Part shown: positions 35,495 through 44,045 of the stretch, one piece after another
Layout: every line of letters begins with the position of its first letter
Position numbering within the stretch: the stretch's first letter is position 1
Assembly (NCBI GenBank): GCA_021432655.1
Contig: MU271379.1
Location: 1-44,045 of the forward strand
Source: Atractiella rhizophila
Lineage: Eukaryota
DNA: 44,045 bases
Direction: 5' to 3'
The notes under the pieces: generated by a model
What the model was told of the DNA's origin: nothing
The model's input: only the letters and a program-made list of their open reading frames with translations
Database searches by the model: none
Program-made: the position numbers and the translations under genes

Positions 35495-37652
35495 TTCCCC
35501 ATAGCACTGTCTACTCCTTCTTTGGCTGCAAGTATTCAAACCTCAACAAGCATGCTCATACCTGCAAGAAGCGTGGAAAAGCTGAAGAACTCGGTATCAA
35601 GCTCCCTGAGCAGCCTCCTCGAATGCACAACTCGCAAGAAGGCTGAAGCAAACCATCATTGATCAGAGGATAAGTAATAAGTTAGGTGCATCCATAACTA
35701 TTTTTTTAAATTCCGTGAGTGCAAGTTTCAATGTGGCATATGGATGGCTAGGAAACATTGGATCTGATCACGCTTCAAATATCGTCACTGTTATGTCATT
35801 CCTACAAGCGGGCCTTATCTCCTACGATCACGATGATCTTTGGGAAGCTGACAAGCAACATAATGGCTGGTCCCGTCATGTCATTGCCCTTTCTGCCCAA
35901 GCTGGTCTTTCCGCCATGGGGGTCGGAAACTCTCCTAATGTTGAAGATCATTACCTAAAGGATAAAAACCTAGGTCTGCCGGGAACAGATGAAACGGAGA
36001 TGGTTTGAAGAAGAGGAGGTGGAGTTGTGCACTGGTAATGACCAGCTCTCTGATATTGAAGAGTCGGACTGGGAGGATGTGTTGGAGGGTGTAGAAGAAG
36101 ATGGGGAGAATGGCCTAAAGCAACATCTTTTTGTGAAGAAGAGTAAATGGCAGATATGGAATAAGGTGAGTAAGCACTGATTCTATGTTTTAACATTGTG
36201 ATTATAATTCTAGCTCTTCAAACTCTGTCACATCATCTGTTCAACATGGAATCGGCGTTCGGAGTTCAAGAAAGTCTCACAAGAGACCTACCCAGATGGC
36301 CACATCAACCGTGGTGTTATGCCAAAGCGTAACAATACTACCCGATGGAACTCAGAGTATAATGTTTTAAGCAGAGGGTTTTGTTTGAAACAGGTATGTC
36401 TCCTGCTTGACACCTTTATATATTGCTAATGTCTCCTATCTGCACAGGCACTTCATAAATTTGTCTATAAATTCATTGATAACTACGGACGGTATGCAAT
36501 GAAAGAGTCTGAGTGGAAGGAAGTAAAAGTCGTTGCTACTGGCCTAAAGGTGGGTCTTCTTACATTTATCCTGAACTTGCACTTTCTCATCATCAACAAC
36601 ATGCTTATGATCAGCCCTTCAAGGAGACAACTCTCCTCCTGGAAAAAGAAGATGCATGTCTGTCCGAACTCCTCCCCACATTCAAACGTTTGCGGCGCAC
36701 ACAGGTCAAGCTCAAAAATGACCCAAGAATGGCAGCGTGGCATCCGGCAGCTGGAGCATCCATCAAGAAGATTGACAAATACTACAACATTATGAAAGAC
36801 AAGTGGTGCTACCAACTTGCTACAGGTTTATCTGAGCAACTTGGCCACTTAGCATGCCTCAAATGCAATCTGATTCATTTAAAATGTGGTTTTGTCATAG
36901 CTATGGATCCTCATTATGGGCTGGCTTTCTTTGAAGAAGTTTGCGGTCAAGAGTTCAAAGATTTGGTAAAGGGGAAGGTTAAGATGGAGTACAACCGTTG
37001 GGCGAAGACTGCCGGAAGCAGGGAAGACATGAGTGAAGAAGAGGATCAGAGAGCGGGGAAGGAGCTTAAGGGCATGGGTTCAGACGAAAATGGAGAGGAG
37101 TATGGTGTTCTCGTTGATCTCCCATTGTGTGAAGACCTTAAGGATCGCCTCCATGAAATTGACTGGTTCTCTGCTATCAAGCTCAAAAAGGACCGTGACC
37201 CTCTCAAATGGTGGAAGGTTAGATGTGTTCTATCTTCTTTATTCTAGTTACTTAGTTGATGTTTTGTTTAGTTACATGAGGATTCATATCCCATTCTACA
37301 ACTCATTGCAAGAGATCTTCTTGCAATACCAGCTTCAACAGCTGGTATTGAGTGACTTTTCTCATGGGCAAAGTTTATCAATACGAACCAACGAGGCTCG
37401 ATGTCAGCGGAAACTCTTTCAGAGACCATGACAACGAAGGCATGGTTAATGCAGGGTGTCAAGAAACCACAGATATGGTGACTCCATTTTTCTGTTCCGT
37501 ATGCCATATACACCGTATAATGTACCTTCCATACGAGTAAACATTTTGGAAATTAACTTCATTTCACTTCCATATCTGTATCGCTTGAAAAGAAGCATGT
37601 ACCGCAAGTATTGGTACTGCAATACCCATATACTCTACGGGTGGGAGCGCTG
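35495..37652 (+). mobile_element. hAT transposon (element 2), 5'-truncated transposase pseudogene with right TIR
   Basis: SNLNKHAHTC (BED-finger-like), IGSDHASN, NNTTRWNSEY, DPLKWWK and YPILQLIARDLLAIPASTAGIE*LFSWAK. Ends GGTGGGAGCGCTG at 37640-37652. Confidence 0.85.
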
Positions 37653-37939
37653 CTATGGATCTTTTGGCAATCCCTGGTGAGTTGTATTATCCTTGTTGGA
37701 AATCGACAGGCTGAGGAGCGGAGCTAAGTACAACTTGGTTACGTTTGGCTGAGCTCTTACAAATGCATGAGCACCAGGAAATGGAATTCTATGTGTTTAT
37801 ATAGCTTACAGCAGTGGCAACTAGAAAATAGTAGAACATTCCAGAAAACTAAAGGACTTTGCCACTGAGTGGCACGAAACTAGACTGCAAAATCCAACAA
37901 TCCTCTTCCACCCTACATGAACCGTTTGCTGAAGCGTAT

Positions 37940-38055
37940 TTCACAGCAACATCAGTAGATGTAGAACAGGCATTCTCTACAGCAGCGGTCGCTTGACAGT
38001 CTCGTGGATGCGTCACAAGCTGTCGGACTCAAGCTTTCGTGCCTCAATGATGATG
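37940..38055 (+). mobile_element. Third hAT C-terminal dimerisation-domain fragment
   Basis: ATSVDVEQAFS / SGRLTVSWMRHKLSDSSFRASMM. Followed by TTTACC/GGTAAA repeats at about 38100-38180. Confidence 0.7.
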
Positions 38056-39112
38056 AAGCTTTCGCTCCAGCACCGGCAGTGTTTGCACTGACAGCTGTAC
38101 TTTACCTTACTTTATGCTTTACCTTACTAGAAATAAGCTCATTGAGGGCTGGTAAAGTAAATAGGTTCGAGGTAAGGTAATCTGAAAAAACTTTTTTGAG
38201 ACAAAGCGTGACAAAGTCCACTCAGCAGTGGCTCTCCGGTGCAGGATCAGAGGGAGAGTTAGTGAATTATCACGACCAAAAAGAGACGGAGAAAAATTAT
38301 CATGTAGCCAATGAAGTGGCAGCCATCAACATACCATCATTGCTCGCCATAAAGAGATGTCAGGGCACCTATGTACCTGTATGAATATCAATACTGTCAA
38401 CAGTATGGGCAGACCATGTTTGACTTTGTTAAACAAAAGAAAGGTAAGGAGGTAAGTGATTTTATTGTAGTTTTACTCTCGGTGTTGTCTAACAACCGAT
38501 CGGCGACTGGCAGTACCTCCTTCAAGCTCAAATCATTGATGTGCTCACACTTCTTGTACCTCTTCCAACACCAGGCCCAATGTCTCTCCTTTACCCTCGC
38601 AGCCTCCTCCTGTTCCTTCCCCAGTCCCTCCCGGTGCCCCATCAATGCGCAGCTTGCAAACAATCCTTACAACCTACGCAGTCCCATCAATGCCTTTGTC
38701 CACAAGGGCCAGCTGTGCAAAGCTACCGCTACAGCTGGCCTTCCATTTTAGTGGATTGAGTATCCCACTGTGCAAAAGTGTTTCACCATGTTGCAGCCTG
38801 CAGTAGAAGAGCAGTTTCATTCAGCTAGATCCTTGGGTGATGGGATACTGAATTGAGCAATAAGTAGTGAGGATCTGAAACTGAAGACAGAGCTGCAACA
38901 TACAGATTATCAGTGGGTAGGATTTGGAGAAGATGGTTGGTCAACTGGGAAGACTCAGTTGGCCGCATTTACAGCTAGTTACGTTGCTGACGGAGGAAAG
39001 CACCATTCACATATCTGTGATGTTATTGATACTACAGGGCAGCCAAAGGATACAGATACCCTGACAAAGCACTTGACGGAACATGGACTGAGGGAGAAGG
39101 GAAGGTAAGTGC

Positions 39113-39727
39113 TTAGTGTTGGGGACCCCGTTTAGCTTCTTTAGGTGGCTTGCTATACTCTCTGCCGTCTTCGCACCCAACATGGCCGGATTGAGACAGC
39201 GAAAGCACCGCCACAGCGTCTTTCAGGTCTGCTACCTGTCCTTTTAGCGTATCCACTCCTTGCTTGATGGCGGAACCTGTTTCTGCTGGGGAGCTGAGCA
39301 AATCGACCAGGTGGTTGACCAGGCTGTCCAGAAAGTCGAATTCTTGGTTTTTGAAAGTCATCGACGTCTGATTTCTTTTCAGCCTGCGTGTGTCGTAAAG
39401 GAAGTCCCGAAGGAGCTGTAGGACCTTTGCAGGATCGTTGTGATCGGTTGGACTGGGGAGGAGGTCGGGTAAGATCTTTTGGCTTTCGGCGTCTTGGGTA
39501 AGAGAGGGGCATTGTTGGCATAATCTGGTGTGGGTGCTTTTGTCTCTGAAAGCAGCTGTCCATGTTGAGGTAGATTCTATCTCAACATTCATCCTCGCAG
39601 GGGCAGAAGTTGGGGGTGCTGGCTCCTCCCTCCCAGCTTGAGAGCTTGGTGGAAGGGAGACCTGGGAGAGCTGGTACGGGGGTTGTTTGGGTGGAATTTT
39701 GGTGGAGTTGTTGGTAAACATCATGAA
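39113..39727 (-). CDS. Hypothetical ORF, possibly a retroelement ORF1/gag-like remnant
   Basis: About 200 open codons with a Pro-rich N-terminus and a coiled-coil-like AIKQGVDTLKGQVADLKDAVAVL. No diagnostic motif. Confidence 0.3.
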   Translation of the reverse strand, partial: FMMFTNNSTKIPPKQPPYQLSQVSLPPSSQAGREEPAPPTSAPARMNVEIESTSTWTAAFRDKSTHTRLCQQCPSLTQDAESQKILPDLLPSPTDHNDPAKVLQLLRDFLYDTRRLKRNQTSMTFKNQEFDFLDSLVNHLVDLLSSPAETGSAIKQGVDTLKGQVADLKDAVAVLSLSQSGHVGCEDGREYSKPPKEAKRGPQH

Positions 39728-40018
39728 AAGCTTAAAGGACTGATCAGCATCTGATGGCTCCTGGCGCCTGACGACAACTGAGCCAGCGCTGACCACTTCT
39801 CACTGACTGATAACCGTGATCAATCTGGTGAATCCTGACAAGGTACTGATCAGGAATTGGTCTGCACTGAACGTGTACTGATCACGAACTGGTCTGACGT
39901 GAACATATTTGCAAGATAAATGTAATTACAGTATATAGAATGCATTGAAAAACAGCAAAATGAAAGCTATCCATGTTCAAAAGCTAGATATTATGAAAGA
40001 GAGAGAAGTCAAGACAGC

Positions 40019-43000
40019 TCAGGAGAGATTTTGAAACCGTAGGAATAGATCAGCCTCCGCAAGGTCATTAACATGATAAAACCCATCGTCGACCGGATCT
40101 GGTTGAATATAACAGCTTCGAGCAATGTTTTCCGTCAGAATAAAGCTGAGTTGCTCTTGTCCTTGGAGAAGAGGCATGCCAGACAAGTAATGCCTTCCGA
40201 CCCATTTATACTCACAAACTAATGCCAACTGGAACTCCTTATCTTGTATTCGACAAGAAAGTAGACGGATGACGCGTCCAAAAGAGACCGTGTTGTCGTG
40301 GTTGCGCAGAATGACGTCGTCGTAACGTGGTTTGCCGCTGGTCTGCCAGTTCGGATGAGAGCGAATGAGGTCTTCGTACTCTCTTTCGTCAACCCACGAA
40401 TTAAATGAGCAGCGAAAGAGTGTATAATCCGTAATCTGAGAGCTATGAGTAAGCGATGCTAGTGCGTAATCAATTGCAAGAATGGGAACGTACCGTGGAC
40501 TCGTCAATCTGAGGTAGGTGCTCCTGGCGGACACGTATGGGGGTTGAAGGATTGATGGCTCGTAGGAGGAAGAGTCGAAGGTCATTAACGAAGTCTTGTC
40601 GATTATTGAATTCGAGGGAAAGCTGGTGGAAGTAGGTATGAATGTGAAACCGTTTCGACAAGCCACAAAGACGGAAGTTGGGAGTACCGTTCTGAATCGG
40701 GGTTCGGCTACGGTCCTCTTTACCACAATTGAGCTGCAATGCATTGACAGCATCGATGCGCCGTTCAATCGTTTGAATCTGCATCATCTCGAACGCATGC
40801 TGTGCCATCTACGTTCGCCTAAGTTGAGCTTGAAGTTTGAACGGCGCACAAAACTCACCGATTCTCCAGTTTCGCCATCAACTGTACTGCGAATAGCTCG
40901 AGCAATTACATGCTCTTTGAGAGGACGATGAGCCCTCTCGCCGTGTGCTGTGGTTTGATGATCCAGCGTGCCGCCTTCGCTGATCATGTCAACAAAATGC
41001 TGTGGTAGATGACTTTTCGGAAACTTGTCGGACATGCCGAAATGCTCATGCAGCGTCTGCAGTGAAGCGTTGTGAGAGGATGCAATTACAAAACTGAGGC
41101 GTACCTTGAGGGCAGCTTCAAACCGCTGAAAATGATGATTTCGAAGTATTGAAATTCGATCGTCATCTTGAACGTGCATTTTCACAAGGACTTCGAAAGC
41201 GGCCAACGCTCGCAATGCCGGAATCACCTCTTGCTCAATTTCTGCAGGAAGGAGACCAATCAACCCAACAATCAAGCACTGTACCCCAGCAGTCAGTTCG
41301 GTGCTAAGTGGAGAGAACCAAAAGACCATTCACCTTCATTGCATCTTGAATTTCCATGCAAATAAAGCTCTCAAGGTTAGTCAACCCTCGTTTCGGAACA
41401 TGCCGCAAAGATCCATACGACGGCAAGGAAATCAAGCTGGAGTACGCGAGGATGTATTATAAATTTGCTCTGTAGAGAGTGGCAGAGACTCACTATGAAT
41501 CTACCTGTTCTTTCTTTGCTGTTGAGAGGTTATCGAATAACTTTTGCATGACGTGATCTTTGTACAGTCCACCAAAGACATGCAAAGAGTCTGCGGCAAT
41601 GGATTCGTAGACGTCACTGCATTTCAAGCGTCGAAAAGCAGACTGCTGAGACCTGAGCATGAGCAATTCATTGCGATGGCACGGTGGCGTACCTTTTCAG
41701 GGCACAAAGACGACAAGCTTGCCAATTCCTTAACTGCCACACCCGTGCCTTTCGCATCTTGGGTCCATTGGTATTGCTGGAGCTGACGTTGTGCTTGCTC
41801 CAAGCTTCTCTTTGGAAATTGCTTCGTGAGCCGGTGAAGATGTGCTTGTGGAACGAGACAAATTGGGCATTTAAACTCAGAATTGACACCGAGGAGGAGG
41901 AGGATGATATAGCTAGTGAATGATAGTGAGTCCCAACGAAGTAACAGTTGAAACGACTCACAGTTCTGCCAGATCCGCCTGCAGAAGGAACAGACGGGGG
42001 AAAATGAGTTTATCAAACTCAGTTCCGACTCGAACCCTGAATCCGACTTGCTCGTATCGTCTTATTTGCTTCAAAACTACTCCTATCACCTTGTGATAAA
42101 CAGAGCGTCGGTATAGACGAAATTTTTTGTTTTTCTTCTGCTGATCTGTAGCAGGAATCTGATCCCTAGTAAATGAATTTGACGAAGTTGGGATTGGGAA
42201 TGTCAATGTACTTACTTCGGGCTGAAATCCGATGAGCTGGCACCCTCCTTTTCCATTTCCGCTCCATTCTCGCAAAGGAACATTCCCGAGCCACATATAG
42301 ATAGGATGAACTGTTTTTTGTCCAAATTTCACGGCACTCGTCCCATCTGAGTACAGGATGATGGCACCGACGCATCCGTCATGTTTGGGCAATGAATCCT
42401 GGGTATTTACTACCTCAGCGCCCCTCACTATTGTAGCAAGAATACACACCTGCAGTTTCCACCATCGTTTGGTTGTCCACAGCTCGTCGTACACCCTCAC
42501 ATCGCGCGAGGGTTGCTCATCAGTCCTTTTGAACTTCTTGACAGGGTAGAATTGCATGTGCTGCCGTGTACTGTCGTCTCGGATCACCTCCTTCATGATA
42601 TCTATCGGATCCCGAATGTAGACATGATGCTGTATCCTTTGTCCTTCAAACTCAGCAGAAATAAGATGTGATCGAAACTGTTTAAACTGAGTCAGTATCA
42701 ATCTTTCAAAACTAAGAATCCACAAACCGCAGCGGTCACACTCATCCGATCCTTCTTGAGAGTTTGTCGAAGCTCCTTGAAGGAATCAAGGGTAAAGTTT
42801 GGAAGGCCACATTTCTTAAGGTTACGGAAGTGAGCAGTGATGTCGCGCTGGGTCATCCCTTGGAAAAAGACATGGGAAGCCATTTCATAGTCTACTTCGC
42901 TCTTGAAAGGATGATGGGCTGGAATGCTGCCATTGCAGCTTGCCACCGGAGACTTGGAGACAACACGAAAATGCGAGGAACTTGAAGAGGGGTACGAAGT

Positions 43001-43597
43001 GGCGAGGGAATCGGGATGTAAAACCTGGAAGTAGCGGCCACCTAGATCTTGCCACAACTCTGTATCTAGCTCCTCTTCATCAGCTGAAGAAAGATCAGGA
43101 GACTGTACTGGAGTTGGTAGGGGATCTGGCAGCACGAAATCAAGTGCGGGTGATGGAGGGTTCGAAAATTGACAATGTTGTGGCTGATTAAAATGCACTC
43201 CGAAGTCTAACTCCCAATCATTCGGTTTTGTGTAAAGTGAACACACAGACTGACCCACCTTCAACTTGCTCGACTCAGAATGGATGTTCTCATTCACTTC
43301 TTCATCATTGCTCGATTCGGAGGTGTCAGAATCTTGTATATCCTTTGCTTCATCGTCAGTCAATGGAGCTTGAGACAGTATGAATGAACTCACATCCTCA
43401 GCTGATCCTTCAACTATCCCCCCGTCTATTCTTATAGATTTCCAGCCAGCTGACGGTACAGTAGCTTGATGCTTCAGAGATCGATGTTTTCTAAAACCAC
43501 CTCTGGCGAACGAATACACTTTATGACAATCTGGACACTCCACTTTGCCAGGGGGCAGATTTTTGACGGCATTGGCTCTGGTATTCTGAGGTGCCAT
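40019..43597 (-). CDS. Plavaka-family transposase, multi-exon, apparently intact
   Basis: N-terminal C2H2 (CPDC...HRSLKH), HPFKSEVDYE, RVYDELWTTKRWWKLQ, IILYSDGT....FG...HPIYMWLGNVP, CPICLVP, DSLH, FPKSH..H, TAHGERAH and PRYDDV. The exons traced join in frame through GT-AG introns. Confidence 0.88.
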
Positions 43598-43659
43598 GAT
43601 AATTGAAGACAGGACGAAAGGAGAAACTTGTTTATCATGACGAGAAGGGAGACGCGCAC

Positions 43660-43718
43660 TGACGTCATGACGTCATTCTTGTTTACCTCCCAATCATCTT
43701 CCCGGGCGGGCTATAAAA
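43660..43718. promoter_or_regulatory. Divergent promoter: tandem CRE-like sites and a TATA box
   Basis: TGACGTCATGACGTCA at 43660-43675 and TATAAAA at 43712-43718, between ATGs at 43597 (-) and 43763 (+). Confidence 0.5.
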
Positions 43719-43762
43719 ACCCTCTCTACGAAAGTTGTTCTCTCTCCAAGTATTCAATCCAA

Positions 43763-44045
43763 ATGTCAGATCAAGAAAATATCACCAGGGAAAAGAATTA
43801 CAAGGCACTGTACAAAACCTCAAAGCGCCAGGTGCGTCATCTCTTCCTTTAACAAAGAAGGGAATGGACGATGTGTATAGCGCGATAACACACGCCAGGA
43901 GCTGTCATTATTGCAAGAAAGAGTAGTGAGAGCAGAGGAGGATCAGCAGACATGGGAGGAAGAGCGTGCCCAGCTACGAGAAGAGCTGGAAGCCATGAAA
44001 GAACAGCTGCATGCAGACGAACCCCCTGCCAAGAGACGACGCTCG
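43763..44045 (+). CDS. Partial coiled-coil protein, partner gene divergent from the Plavaka transposase
   Basis: MSDQENITREKNYKALYKTSKRQ, an intron at about 43832-43878, then ...QLREELEAMKEQLHADEPPAKRRRS (NLS-like), running off the window. Confidence 0.55.

Larger units (their letters stand above)
39794..44045. mobile_element. Plavaka (CMC-related) DNA transposon, continues past the right edge
   Basis: Candidate CAC-starting terminus at about 39794-39801 with subterminal repeats GTACTGATCAsGAAyTGGTCTG (39843-39896). Contains the transposase and a divergent second gene. Confidence 0.65.

Overview
Eukaryotic, fungal-type (basidiomycete-like) DNA with short GT-AG introns of about 50-70 bp. The window is almost entirely a pile of nested transposable-element remnants. 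Host-type genes: an intron-retaining but clearly broken copy of the essential splicing factor SF3B1/Hsh155 (1062-4846, -) and an apparently intact, secreted type-B carboxylesterase/lipase (12243-14440, +). Mobile DNA includes three copies of one Helitron family (5' ends at 473 -, 4990 + and 20775 -; the third appears to run from TC to CTAG). It also includes a truncated two-gene CACTA/EnSpm (tnp2-type) element, a degenerate LINE, two related hAT transposase pseudogenes plus a third fragment, Gypsy and Copia fragments, and an apparently uninterrupted Plavaka transposase with a divergent partner gene. The most unusual signal is a tRNA-like RNA polymerase III cassette (A box, B box/T-arm, T-run) at the same position in all three Helitron 5' regions. 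Also notable are the SF3B1 pseudogene between two back-to-back Helitron ends and a 15.8-kb block bracketed by inverted Helitron termini that contains the esterase. CpG-to-TpG decay is widespread. All calls come from reading the sequence by eye, with no database searches.
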